Positions 9,934-19,633 of a DNA stretch of 64,000 bases are shown piece by piece. The DNA is taken from assembly GCA_965206595.1 (NCBI GenBank), contig OZ242214.1:3648001-3712000 (forward strand). The letters are read 5' to 3'. The notes below the pieces were generated by a model. It worked only from the letters and a program-made list of their open reading frames with translations, had not been told where the DNA came from and searched no databases. The position numbers were made by a program, and so were the translations under genes. The stretch comes from Candidatus Latescibacterota bacterium (lineage in GTDB: Bacteria; Latescibacterota; UBA2968; UBA8231). Numbering within the stretch: the first letter of the stretch is position 1; the number at the start of each line of letters is the position of its first letter.

Positions 9934-11366
9934 GGGTGGCCCGGGGGATCCTAGCGGCGCTCTTGATGGCGGCGGCGGCGGCCGCATCGGGGCAGACCTT
10001 CACCAACGTCACCGAAGCGAGCGGCGCCGCAGTCGGCCTCCACGGTACGGCAGGGGCCTGGGGAGATTTCGACGGCGACGGCGATCTCGACCTCTACGTC
10101 GCCAACCGCGGGGCCGCCAACGCCCTGCTGGCGAACAACGGCGACGACACCTTCGCAGACGTCGCCGCGGCTGCCGGGGTCGACGAGGACGGCGACAGCG
10201 TCGCGGCCGCCTGGGGAGATTTTGACAACGACGGCGACCTCGACCTCTACATCGCCGACTTCTTCGCCCAGGACTTCCTCTACGAGAACTCCGGCGGCAG
10301 CTTCTCCGAGGTCGGCAGGGCCCGCGCAATGGTCGACCTCACCAGGCACGGGAGCGTGACCTCGGCGGCCTGGGGGGACTACGACAGCGACGGGTACCTC
10401 GACCTCTACATCGGCAAGTTCTACCACGCCAACGAGCTCTACCGCAACGACGCCGGCAGCCTGGAGCCGACCATCGGCCTGGGGACCGGGGACCAGCGCG
10501 ACACCGGCGGGCTGACCTGGGTCGACTACGACAACGACGGCGACCTCGACCTCTACACCGTCAACCGCGAGCAGGAGAACGGCCTCTTCCGCAACGATCT
10601 CGACGCCGGCGGCGACTTCGAGGCGATCGCCTGCGCGGCGACGGTGGACAACACCGAGATCGGCCAGGCCGGCGCCTGGGGGGATTTCGACAACGACGGC
10701 GACCTCGACTTGCACCTCGCCAACGTCGGCGCCAACAACCTGTACCGAAACGACGGGGAGGACCGATTCAGCGACATCGCCGCCGCCGCCGGGGTGCGCA
10801 GCAGCGGCTCCGGATTCCTCACCGCCATGTCGGCATGGCTCGACTTCAACGGCGACGGCCACCTCGACCTCTTCCTCGCCAACGGCGCCGAGCTGGAGCT
10901 GCCCGATGTGCTCTTCGCCAACAACGGAGACGACACCTTCCGCGACGCCACCGCCGAAGCCGGACTGCCGACCACAGGCTCCTCCCACCTGTCGGCCAGC
11001 CGGGGGGACATCGACGGCGACGGGGCTCCCGATCTCTACCTCACCAACGGCGCCGCCCTGGGGAACCGCCTCTTCCGGAACGCCACCGGAGGCTCTGCCT
11101 TCATCAAGGTGCACGTGCGCGGCAAGGGCCCAGGCGCCGGCGGCAACAACTTCTTCGGACTCGGGGCGCAGGTCCGCCTTTTCGACGCCGTCACCGACAC
11201 GCTGGTCTCCTTCACCCAGATGCTGTCCGGCCCCGGGGCTCCGGAGGTGATCTTCGGAGCCCCTGCAGGGCCCTACAACGTCCAGGTCCGGTTCCCGGGA
11301 AACGAGATCCCGATGATCGTCGGCAACGTGCGCGGCGGCGACAGCATCACCATCGAGGAGCCATAG
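9930..11366 (+). CDS. CRTAC1/FG-GAP (VCBS-like) repeat secreted protein
   Basis: ATGA overlap with the upstream stop; signal peptide; WGDFDNDGDLDLY repeats; ASPIC/UnbV-like tail (GLGAQVR...VRFP). Confidence 0.85.
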   Translation: MRVARGILAALLMAAAAAASGQTFTNVTEASGAAVGLHGTAGAWGDFDGDGDLDLYVANRGAANALLANNGDDTFADVAAAAGVDEDGDSVAAAWGDFDNDGDLDLYIADFFAQDFLYENSGGSFSEVGRARAMVDLTRHGSVTSAAWGDYDSDGYLDLYIGKFYHANELYRNDAGSLEPTIGLGTGDQRDTGGLTWVDYDNDGDLDLYTVNREQENGLFRNDLDAGGDFEAIACAATVDNTEIGQAGAWGDFDNDGDLDLHLANVGANNLYRNDGEDRFSDIAAAAGVRSSGSGFLTAMSAWLDFNGDGHLDLFLANGAELELPDVLFANNGDDTFRDATAEAGLPTTGSSHLSASRGDIDGDGAPDLYLTNGAALGNRLFRNATGGSAFIKVHVRGKGPGAGGNNFFGLGAQVRLFDAVTDTLVSFTQMLSGPGAPEVIFGAPAGPYNVQVRFPGNEIPMIVGNVRGGDSITIEEP

Positions 11367-13750
11367 TGGCCGCGGCAACGACATCGTCAGGGCGGCTGGC
11401 TGCCGCGGCCGCGGCTCTCTGCCTGTTGTGCGCCCCCCTGTACGGGGCGGCATCCAGGCAGCCGGACATCGGGGTGCGCGCCATTTCCATGGGCGGCGCC
11501 TTCGTCGCCGCGGCCAGCGACGCCACCGCGATCCACTGGAACCCCGCGGCCATCGCCACCCTGCAGCGCCAGCAGGTCCGGCTCTCCTATGCCGACCGCT
11601 TCGGTCTGGATCTGCGCGAATCCTACTTGTCGTACGTGCTGCCCCTCACCGAGAGTCACGCCTTCGGGGCCGACTGGTTCCACCGCGGCTTCGACGACGT
11701 CGAGGGCGGTCTCGGACTCGATGCGAGCCATAACCGTTTCGGCTTCGCCTACGGGTACCGCAACGACATCGAACGGCGACGCTACATCGGCGACAGCGCC
11801 GTCGGCGTGACGGCTCGCTACATTGGCCAGAGGGCCAGCCTCGATGGCGCCACGGCGATGGACGCGAGCGGCTTCGGCTTCGACGCTGGACTGCTGGTCC
11901 CCGTGACAACGGGCCTGCGCTTCGGGCTTGCGGTCCAGGATATCGGCGGCACCGCGGTCGAACACGAGAGCGGCTTCAGGGAGGACATCATGTCCACCCA
12001 CCTGCGCCTGGGCATTGCCTACAAACCACCGCTGGGAGGACTGACGCTGGCGGCGGACCTCGACGACCACTTCCGCGCCGGGGCCGAGTACTGGATCAGC
12101 CGGCAGCTGGCGCTGCGCGCCGGCCTGAAGTCCGAGGTAGGAACCCCCGAAAGCCGCGGACAGGCGACCTCCATCAACGCGGGATTCGGCCTCAAGAACC
12201 GCTTCGTGCAGCTCGATTACGCCTACGAGAATCCCCCCGTTCTCGGCGCGACGCACTACGTCTCCGTGGCCCTGGAGTACGACCCGGACGCCGTCAGCAT
12301 CAAGGAGGCGAGCATTCGTCCGAGACCGGTCTTCCGCTCCCTGTACCAGCACTACCGGGAAACCGACTTCTTCGAGGTCGTGCTCTCGAACTCCGCCTCC
12401 GAGCCGATCACCGTCATCGTGGCGTTGGTGCTTCCCAAGGCGATGGCCGCGGCGCACACCGAGAAGATCGAGCTGCCGCCCCAGAGCACGGAGAAATACC
12501 GCTTCGAGGCGGACTTCGACGAGGAACTCTTCAACAGGCCGGAGGCCTATTTCGACAACTACGTCACCCCGGTCGTGCGGGTGCGCTACACCCGCCACGA
12601 ACAGAACTACCTGGTCGAGAAGCGGCTCGAGCGCGTCTACCTCGCCGGCAAGGGGAAGCTGAGCTGGAACGTCGAAGGGATGGCGGCAGCCTTCGTCACC
12701 CCCGCCGACATCGCCGTCGCCGCGGTGGCGCGTGGCCTGGTACAGCGCTACCGCGAACTGCTGGCCGGCAAGTTCAACACCTCAAACATCGGCATGGCCG
12801 CGGTGCTGTTCGACGCCATGGGCGCCTACGGGATCCGCTACGAGGCCGACCCCGAGACGCCGTTCGCCAACGTCTCCGAGGACCGCACCATCTTCGACAC
12901 CGTGCAGTACCCGAGCGAGCTGCTCAGCCTCCCTGAAGGGGGCGGAGACTGCGACGACCTCACCCTGCTCTACGCGTCGCTGCTGGAAAACCTGGGGATC
13001 GACACCGCCTTCCTCGACACCAGGGAACCGGGCAGGGGCCGCATCTACCTGATGTTCGACAGCGGCGTGCTTCCCGAGGAGGCCGGGGATCACTTCGTCA
13101 GCCGCGCCGAATACGTCGAGTGGGAAGGCCGCATCTGGATCCCGGTGGAGACGACTTTGTTCGGATCGACCTTCAGCGAGGCCTGGAAAACGGGGGCTGC
13201 CGAGTACAAGCGGCTCAAGGTGCGCGACCTGATCTCGGAGACCTATGTGGCCAGGTGGATGCAAACCTACAAACCCGCGGTGCTGGCCCCGGTCGCCCCC
13301 GAGCTGCCCGCGCCAGCGGCCGTCTCCCGGCTGCTCTCCGGCGACACGGCCTTTTTCGACAAGCGCGCCGACCGGATCGTTCTCGGGTCGGCCTCCTCTC
13401 TCCGCCATCCAGAGGGGGCGTACGAAGCCGGCGTCGCCTACATGCGCGCCAACCACCTCGAGAAGGCGGTCCAAATGTTCGACCGCGTCCTGAGGATGGA
13501 CCCGGACCACGAGGATGCCCCCAACGCAAAGGGGGTCGCGCTGAGCAAACAGGGCCGCTACGACGAAGCGCTCGCGCTCTACCGCCAGGCACTCGAAATC
13601 GCCGACAGGCCCGCGGTACGCATGAACGTCGCCATCGCCTACTATCTCAAGGGAGAGCGGGAGACCGCCTCCATGATATTCGACGAGGTGGTGCAGCTCG
13701 ACGACTCCTACCGCGAGCTGTTCGAGTTCCTCGGAGGAGCCGGGTTTTGA
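11366..13750 (+). CDS. PorV/UPF0164-like outer-membrane barrel fused to a transglutaminase-like domain and TPRs
   Basis: GVRAISMGGAFVA..DATAIHWNPA (PorV/FadL-like N-terminus), DYAY strand, GDCDD...WIPVETT, C-terminal TPRs; GTG start overlaps the upstream TAG. Confidence 0.8.
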   Translation: MAAATTSSGRLAAAAAALCLLCAPLYGAASRQPDIGVRAISMGGAFVAAASDATAIHWNPAAIATLQRQQVRLSYADRFGLDLRESYLSYVLPLTESHAFGADWFHRGFDDVEGGLGLDASHNRFGFAYGYRNDIERRRYIGDSAVGVTARYIGQRASLDGATAMDASGFGFDAGLLVPVTTGLRFGLAVQDIGGTAVEHESGFREDIMSTHLRLGIAYKPPLGGLTLAADLDDHFRAGAEYWISRQLALRAGLKSEVGTPESRGQATSINAGFGLKNRFVQLDYAYENPPVLGATHYVSVALEYDPDAVSIKEASIRPRPVFRSLYQHYRETDFFEVVLSNSASEPITVIVALVLPKAMAAAHTEKIELPPQSTEKYRFEADFDEELFNRPEAYFDNYVTPVVRVRYTRHEQNYLVEKRLERVYLAGKGKLSWNVEGMAAAFVTPADIAVAAVARGLVQRYRELLAGKFNTSNIGMAAVLFDAMGAYGIRYEADPETPFANVSEDRTIFDTVQYPSELLSLPEGGGDCDDLTLLYASLLENLGIDTAFLDTREPGRGRIYLMFDSGVLPEEAGDHFVSRAEYVEWEGRIWIPVETTLFGSTFSEAWKTGAAEYKRLKVRDLISETYVARWMQTYKPAVLAPVAPELPAPAAVSRLLSGDTAFFDKRADRIVLGSASSLRHPEGAYEAGVAYMRANHLEKAVQMFDRVLRMDPDHEDAPNAKGVALSKQGRYDEALALYRQALEIADRPAVRMNVAIAYYLKGERETASMIFDEVVQLDDSYRELFEFLGGAGF

Positions 13751-13851
13751 CCGGAGGCAGTACGAAATCGCGAACTGGCGCCCCGTCCGGGGGTTGCCCG
13801 CCCCCGCCTGCAGGCCGCTTTCAGCGGCAGCCGAAAGAGAGGAAGCGAATC

Positions 13852-14376
13852 GTGAAATCCCCACCGTGGTTCTTTTGCTTCGGCCTGGCACTTCTGGCCG
13901 GGCCGGCAGCGCTCGCCGGGGAGAAGCTGCCCGCCCAGCCGTTGCCCCCGGCGGTCTCCGGGACGTTGAGTATCGACGAGGAATGGCTCCACGCTGTCTG
14001 GACCCAGGTCGACGAGATGGTGAAGGAGGAACGCAGGCGGAAAAAAACGGTCTCGAGCGCGGGTGTGCCCCCGGCCAGGCAGAAGATCGGTCTTCTCGAC
14101 AGGCTGTATTTCCGGGGAGGGAAGCGCTACCCGGAGCGGGAAAAGATACGCCAGGCGATCGCCGTCCTCGAGGAGGCAGCCGCGGGAAATCCGAAGGGCG
14201 AGGGCGCCCCGAGGCGGATATACCTCATCGCCCAGTGCTACCAGAAACTGGGCGGACTGGTCGAGGCAAACGGCCTCTACACCCGGCTGACCCGGGATCA
14301 CGCCGGAACTCCCTGGGCCGCCAGGGCGTCCAGAGCACTGGCGAAGCTGGCCGAAGCGGGCAGCACGATCAGGTAG
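13852..14376 (+). CDS. exported hypothetical protein with a C-terminal TPR-like pair
   Basis: GTG start after GAGAGGA; signal peptide; YLIAQCY...Y.RL..DHAGTPWA. Confidence 0.65.
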   Translation: MKSPPWFFCFGLALLAGPAALAGEKLPAQPLPPAVSGTLSIDEEWLHAVWTQVDEMVKEERRRKKTVSSAGVPPARQKIGLLDRLYFRGGKRYPEREKIRQAIAVLEEAAAGNPKGEGAPRRIYLIAQCYQKLGGLVEANGLYTRLTRDHAGTPWAARASRALAKLAEAGSTIR

Positions 14377-14503
14377 GCAGCGCAGCCCCGGCCTCACCAT
14401 TGCTTATATTTTTTCGAGGTTTCAACTCCGACTTCACGTAATCAGGGGCGACGATCGGGGAACGCCAGATCGAAGCCCTTCGCGTCGAAAGCACAGATAC
14501 GAG

Positions 14504-15202
14504 ATGATCAGACTCACCTGCCGGTGTCGAGCCCGGTTCTCTCTCTTCCCCTTACTCCTCGCCGTTGCCGCGCTTTGCGCCTGTGCCGCCCCGGGCAGCG
14601 AGCTGTCGCAGCGCATGGAGACTTCCGAGTCCGAAATTCGCGAGGAGATCGAAGCGCTGAAACGGGCCGCCGAGTCTTCCTACGACCGCGAAAGGGCGCT
14701 CGCCGAGCGCGTCCAGAGGCTCGAGGAGGGGTACGCGCGGATGGAGTCGGGGCCCGAGGAGCGTACGGACTACCCGGCTGCCCCCGAGCCACAACCCGCC
14801 CCGATAGTCCGGGGCAGCGAGAGCTTCGACGTCCAGGACGCCTACGACCGGGCCTACCAGCTGTACGGGGACCTCCAGTACGAAGCCGCCCTCGCCGGCT
14901 TTGGCGAAATCGTCTCGCGGGCGGCGAACAGCGAGTGGAGCGACAATGCCCGTTACTGGATGGGGGAATGCCAGTACGGCCTGGGGAAATACCGCCTGGC
15001 CCTGGCCGAATTCACCAAGGTCTTCAGCTACATGGAGACCGAGAAAGCGGACGACGCCCAGCTCAAGATCGCCCGCTGCTACCTTGCCCTCGGGGAGAAG
15101 GAGAACGCCCTGAGCGCCATCCGGAAACTCCTGGACGAATACCCGGACAGTGAGTACATCGGGGCTGCCCGCAAGGAAATGAGGTACCTCGAGGGCCCGT
15201 GA
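14504..15202 (+). CDS. CpoB/YbgF-like TPR lipoprotein
   Basis: Lipobox-like LCAC, coiled coil, then Y..A...NARYWMGE...DAQLKIA...YPDS. Confidence 0.8.
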   Translation: MIRLTCRCRARFSLFPLLLAVAALCACAAPGSELSQRMETSESEIREEIEALKRAAESSYDRERALAERVQRLEEGYARMESGPEERTDYPAAPEPQPAPIVRGSESFDVQDAYDRAYQLYGDLQYEAALAGFGEIVSRAANSEWSDNARYWMGECQYGLGKYRLALAEFTKVFSYMETEKADDAQLKIARCYLALGEKENALSAIRKLLDEYPDSEYIGAARKEMRYLEGP

Positions 15203-15819
15203 ACATCGCATCACTCCTGTTGATGGCGGGAGCCTGGGTAGTCGCTCCGGGCCTCGATTACGCCGAGGCGACTTACATTCCCACCAACATCGATCTGACG
15301 GTCCGGGCGACCGAGGTAGCCGTGGCCGAATGCCTGGCCGGGCTCGACTCGCTTCACTCGGAGACCGACTGGGAACTCCCTGTCCTGGTGACGGCGCAGT
15401 CGGAACACGACGCCAACTGGGTCGTGGAGCACTGCCTGACAGGAGGACTACTGAAGCGGAACTTCACGGTCGCCGTCGACACCTCGGGCGCGGCTCCGGA
15501 ATCCCCCCGTCTGGCCTACCGGATCGTCGACCTCGGCCTATCGGGCTGGTCCGGCCTGCGCGGCGGCGAGGTCAAGCGCCGCTGCCGGATGACCCTCCGC
15601 CTGCGCCTGGTCTCCGCCGGGGAGCTGGTCTGGCAGCACGAAGCGACCTCCCAGATTCGCGACGGCATACCGAAGAACCGGCTGGAAGTGGTGGAAAACG
15701 AAACCTACGATTTCGCCGATCTGGAGCTCGAGGAGCGCAGCTGGGGCCGTTTCGTCGAACCTGCCATCGTCTCCAGCGTGCTCGGCACCCTCGTCTACCT
15801 GTTCTACTCCAACCGCTGA
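15199..15819 (+). CDS. hypothetical exported protein with a C-terminal membrane anchor
   Basis: GTGA overlap; C-terminal EPAIVSSVLGTLVYLFYSNR. Confidence 0.7.
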   Translation: MNIASLLLMAGAWVVAPGLDYAEATYIPTNIDLTVRATEVAVAECLAGLDSLHSETDWELPVLVTAQSEHDANWVVEHCLTGGLLKRNFTVAVDTSGAAPESPRLAYRIVDLGLSGWSGLRGGEVKRRCRMTLRLRLVSAGELVWQHEATSQIRDGIPKNRLEVVENETYDFADLELEERSWGRFVEPAIVSSVLGTLVYLFYSNR

Positions 15820-15863
15820 TGGGGCTCCGACCTTCCCAGCCGCAGAGCCGCCGACGCGGAGTC

Positions 15864-16616
15864 ATGCCGTTCTTCCGTGTTGCCGCCCTTGCGGCCCTTC
15901 TGCTCTCGGGCTGCGCGGGTAAGAAGGAGGAACCGCTGAAGGGAGTCGAATACTACCACCAGGAGGGCATGCAGTCCCTCGAGCGCAAGCGCTACCTGCG
16001 GGCGGTCGAGATGTTCCAGCGGGTGGTCAGCAACTTCCCCGGCTCAGCCCTCATAGCCGAGGCCCAGTTCCACTTGGCCGAGGCCTACTTCGGCATGGAG
16101 GACTTCGTCAACGCCGTCTTCGAGTACCAGCGGCTGGTCGAATCCTACCCGCACAGCAGCTACGTCGACCGCGCCCAGTTCCAGATCGGCGAGTCGCACT
16201 TCATGCAGATGCGCAGCCCGGAGCACGATCAGAAGGAGACCTACGAGGCGCTGACGCATTACCGCCGTTTCATCGAGGACAACCCGCAGAGCCCGCTGCT
16301 GGAAGAGGCCCGTAGTCGCATCGTTTCCTGCCGCTCGCAGCTGGCGAAGAAGCAGTACCTGGCAGGCCGATTTTACCAGAAGCAGGACTATCTCGAGGCC
16401 GCGCGCATCTGCTATGAGGACCTCCTGATCGCCTATCCGGACACGCGCTGGTACTACTGGGGCAAAGCGATGCTCGGCGACATGGACCGCGGCGACGGGG
16501 ATCTCGAGTCGGCGCGCTTGCATTGGAGCGAGGTCGTCGAGCAGTGCCAGGAGGAGGAGCTTCGGCGCAAGGTCGAGAAATGGCTGGAGGAGGTCGGCGA
16601 CGCCGTCGTTGAGTGA
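15864..16616 (+). CDS. bamD: outer membrane protein assembly factor BamD
   Basis: Lipobox LSGC; TPRs with F.RV..NFPGS, AQF.LAEAY, YPHS, DQKETYEA, G.FY, YPDT; alternative ATG at 15819. Confidence 0.85.
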   Translation: MPFFRVAALAALLLSGCAGKKEEPLKGVEYYHQEGMQSLERKRYLRAVEMFQRVVSNFPGSALIAEAQFHLAEAYFGMEDFVNAVFEYQRLVESYPHSSYVDRAQFQIGESHFMQMRSPEHDQKETYEALTHYRRFIEDNPQSPLLEEARSRIVSCRSQLAKKQYLAGRFYQKQDYLEAARICYEDLLIAYPDTRWYYWGKAMLGDMDRGDGDLESARLHWSEVVEQCQEEELRRKVEKWLEEVGDAVVE

Positions 16617-16619
16617 ATC

Positions 16620-17201
16620 GTGCCGCGCCTCGGAATGATGGGCGGGACCTTCGACCCGATTCACACCGGCCACCTGCTGCTGGCGCAGTTCCTGAGAGAA
16701 CATCTCCTTCTCGACCGGGTGCTTTTCGTTCCCTCTGCGGACCCGCCCCACAAGGAGAACCGGGACGGTGGCCTGCTTGCGGTTGAAGACCGGTGGGCGA
16801 TGGTCTCCGCCGCCCTTGCCAGGGCTCCGGGGTTCGAGCCCTGCCGAATCGAGATCGACCGCCCCGGAAAATCCTACACCGTCGAGACACTGAGGCAGCT
16901 TCGGCAGCAATACCCCGGCAGCGAGATGTTCCTGCTGCTCGGCGCCGACAACGTCGCCGAGCTGGACACCTGGTACGATCCGGAGGGCATCTTCGAGCTC
17001 TGCACCGTGGTCGCCGGCTCACGCCCCGGCGCTCCGTCCTCCGGTTCGCCTCTTGTCCGCCGGGTGACCCTTGTCGAAACCCCAGTGATCGACATCTCAT
17101 CCACCGGCATCCGAGAGCGCGTCCGCGGCGGGCTTTCGATCCGCTGGCTGGTTCCCGACCCGGTCGAATCCTACATACGTGCAAAAGGACTCTACCGGTG
17201 A
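16620..17201 (+). CDS. nadD: nicotinate-nucleotide adenylyltransferase
   Basis: GGTFDPIHTGH, PPHK, SYTVETL, LGAD, ISSTGIR. Confidence 0.96.
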   Translation: MPRLGMMGGTFDPIHTGHLLLAQFLREHLLLDRVLFVPSADPPHKENRDGGLLAVEDRWAMVSAALARAPGFEPCRIEIDRPGKSYTVETLRQLRQQYPGSEMFLLLGADNVAELDTWYDPEGIFELCTVVAGSRPGAPSSGSPLVRRVTLVETPVIDISSTGIRERVRGGLSIRWLVPDPVESYIRAKGLYR

Positions 17202-18367
17202 ACGGCCTCACCCACCTCGAATGCTCCCGCACGGGAGAGCGCTACGACGCCGGCGAGCTGCACAACCTCTCCGCGGCGGGAGCCCCGCTGCTGGCGCGCT
17301 ACGACCTCGACGCGGTCGCCGCCTCCTGGAAACGGGACAGCCTCGCCAGCCGACCCGCGGACATGTGGCGCTACCGGGAGGTGATGCCGCTGCGCCCGGG
17401 GGACGACATCGTGACCCTCGGTGAGGGGTTCACACCGCTGTTCCACGCCGGACGGCTCGGGGCGGAGATCGGACTGCGACAGCTCTACATCAAGGACGAA
17501 TCGACGAACCCGACAGGGTCGTTCAAGGCCCGCGGCCTCTCCGCCGCGGTGACCGCCGCGGCCGCCCGCGGGGCCCGCGCCCTCGCCATACCGACGGCCG
17601 GCAACGCCGGCGGGGCCCTTGCGGCGTACGCCGCGGCCGCCGGTCTCGAGGCGCACGTGTTCATGCCGGCCGACACCCCGGCCGCGTTCCAGATCGAGTG
17701 CCGCTCCTGCGGGGCCCGCCTCGAGCTGGTCGATGGGCTGATCACCGACTGCGGCCGCATCGTCGCCGAGCGCAAGGAAGCGGAAGGGTGGTTCGATCTC
17801 TCGACCCTCAGGGAGCCGTACCGGGTCGAGGGGAAGAAGACGATGGGGTACGAGCTCGCCGAGCAGCTCGCCTGGCAGCTGCCGGACGCGATCGTCTACC
17901 CCACCGGAGGCGGCACCGGACTGATCGGCATGTGGAAGGCGTTCGACGAGATGGAACGGCTCGGTTGGATCGGCTCCTCCAGGCCGCGCATGATCTCGGT
18001 GCAGGCCTCCGGATGTGCCCCGATCGTGCGCGCCCTCGAAGAGGGAACCGACGGCGCGCGGCCCTGGGAGGATGCCTCGACGATAGCTTCCGGCCTGCGG
18101 GTGCCGGCCGCGGTCGCCGACTTTCTGATGCTGCGGGCGATCCGCGAGAGCGGCGGGACCGCCATCGCCGTCAGCGACGGCGAGCTGGTGGCGGCGACGC
18201 ACCGGATGGCGCGGCTCACCGGCATCTTCGCCGCCCCGGAAGGAGGCGCGGCACTGGCGGGAATCGTCGCCCTCAAGGAGCAGGGGTTCATCGACCCCGG
18301 AGACCGCGTCGTGCTCTTCAACACGGGAAGCGGATACAAGTACCTCGAGGCGCTCGGCGTCGGTTGA
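17198..18367 (+). CDS. thrC: threonine synthase (PLP-dependent)
   Basis: TLGEGFTPL, KDESTNPTGSFKARG, TAGNAG, EGKKTMG, YPTGGG, NTGSGYKY. Confidence 0.9.
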   Translation: MNGLTHLECSRTGERYDAGELHNLSAAGAPLLARYDLDAVAASWKRDSLASRPADMWRYREVMPLRPGDDIVTLGEGFTPLFHAGRLGAEIGLRQLYIKDESTNPTGSFKARGLSAAVTAAAARGARALAIPTAGNAGGALAAYAAAAGLEAHVFMPADTPAAFQIECRSCGARLELVDGLITDCGRIVAERKEAEGWFDLSTLREPYRVEGKKTMGYELAEQLAWQLPDAIVYPTGGGTGLIGMWKAFDEMERLGWIGSSRPRMISVQASGCAPIVRALEEGTDGARPWEDASTIASGLRVPAAVADFLMLRAIRESGGTAIAVSDGELVAATHRMARLTGIFAAPEGGAALAGIVALKEQGFIDPGDRVVLFNTGSGYKYLEALGVG

Positions 18368-18428
18368 CGATGCCGGGGCCATCGCCTAACTTGAGTGCCC
18401 ACTGTGACTTGCGCGCAAAGCGCGGTGT

Positions 18429-18505
18429 GCACCTATAGCTCAATTGGATAGAGCACCTGACTACGGATCAGGAGGTTGGGGGTTCGAATCCCTCTGGGTG
18501 CACCA
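18429..18505 (+). tRNA. tRNA-Arg(ACG)
   Basis: GCACCTA/TGGGTGC stem, CCTGA-CTACGGA-TCAGG anticodon arm, GGTTCGAATCC, CCA. Confidence 0.97.
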
Positions 18506-18520
18506 TCTGTTTCATTGACG

Positions 18521-18560
18521 AGCAAGCGATCCGGAAAACCGGGTCGCTTGTTTCGTTTTA
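18521..18560 (+). terminator. intrinsic terminator after tRNA-Arg
   Basis: AGCAAGCGATCCGG-aaaa-CCGGGTCGCTTGTT then TCGTTTT. Confidence 0.8.
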
Positions 18561-19149
18561 TGTATCCGCCGGCCCGCAAGGAGGTCACGAAGGTTGACCA
18601 CTGGATGGGAGTCGGCATGGTCGCTTTTCCTCGACAGCTCTGGAATCTCGTCGGTGCTCTGTTGGTTTCTCGCTTCCGCCGCGCTCACCCGGGGTACGAG
18701 GCGATACCGAATGTGATGTACCGCAACCTTGAAGGGACCGTTTTAGCGGACGTGACCATGGCTGGCGGCTTCGGCCACCTGCAGAAGGGCCATGTAGTCT
18801 CCTTCACAGACCATCGACTAAAGGCGGTAACTAGTACATCTGCATTCAGATGGGGCTGCTTCACCGGAGACGCGTTCGGGAACGCGCTGTCGAGAATCCA
18901 TAGTTCGACAACAATCGGATCAAAACGCGGCTTGCGGGTTGTGGAGTCGAACCGGCCGGGGTCGGGGCGCGCATCCGCTGCGAAATCCGGGCGGTAGAAG
19001 CGCCCCTCGGTGTACAATCACGTCAACAGCCGCGGGAGCTTCGGAGCGACCCTATTCATGCAGGTGATCGGGTTCGGAAAGGCACGCATATCGAGGTGCT
19101 GGAGGTCTACTGGCGACGAGCGATCGGCTCCAGACCTGCCGCGAGTCGC

Positions 19150-19571
19150 AGTTGACCCATCAATCCTCATCACCGAGGGGGAGGACAGTTTCGAGCGCCT
19201 GCCGCGCTGAGAAGCTGATGGCCGACCGGCCACTCCGCAGGGAAGGCTGTCTTGCACCGCAATGACGATCCGGCTACCCTCTTCGACACCGGCGCGCTGC
19301 GCTTTTTCGACGCCGTCCACCGGGCGGCAAGGGCAGCAATAGGGCACACAATCATCGCCGACCCAAGGCGGCCCTACACTTCGCCCACACGGTCGTGATG
19401 CACCGCCACATCCTCAAAGACCTGATTGACGCGCACGAAAACGGGCAGAGGACCATCGGCATCGTCGCCGTCACCCAGGCCTGCATCGACATCACCGAAA
19501 GTCACGATCATGGTGGTGCTTGGCTGGACATGCCGCTGGAAAATCGGGGCTTGTACGTCTTTCACGACTAA
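19150..19571 (+). pseudogene. possible degraded acyl-CoA synthetase (AMP-binding) remnant
   Basis: Fragments DDPATLF and RPKAALH resemble the ...TSGTTG.PKG.LH AMP-binding motif; no intact ORF. Confidence 0.3.
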
Positions 19572-19633
19572 GGTATTCGCGGGGATGGTCGCATCAGATA
19601 TCATCGCCAGACAAAACATACGATAGCTTTTCG

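Noticed and set aside
7102-9987. 961-aa minus-strand ORF and similar long antisense ORFs (e.g. 9951-11453, 40273-41895)
   Set aside because: Shadow ORFs of GC-rich genes with no recognisable motifs
9513-11365. Long upstream extensions of ORFs 9513, 10835, 13120, 15330, 16793 and 37797
   Set aside because: They overlap real upstream genes; coupled starts with signal peptides or family N-termini lie at the junctions
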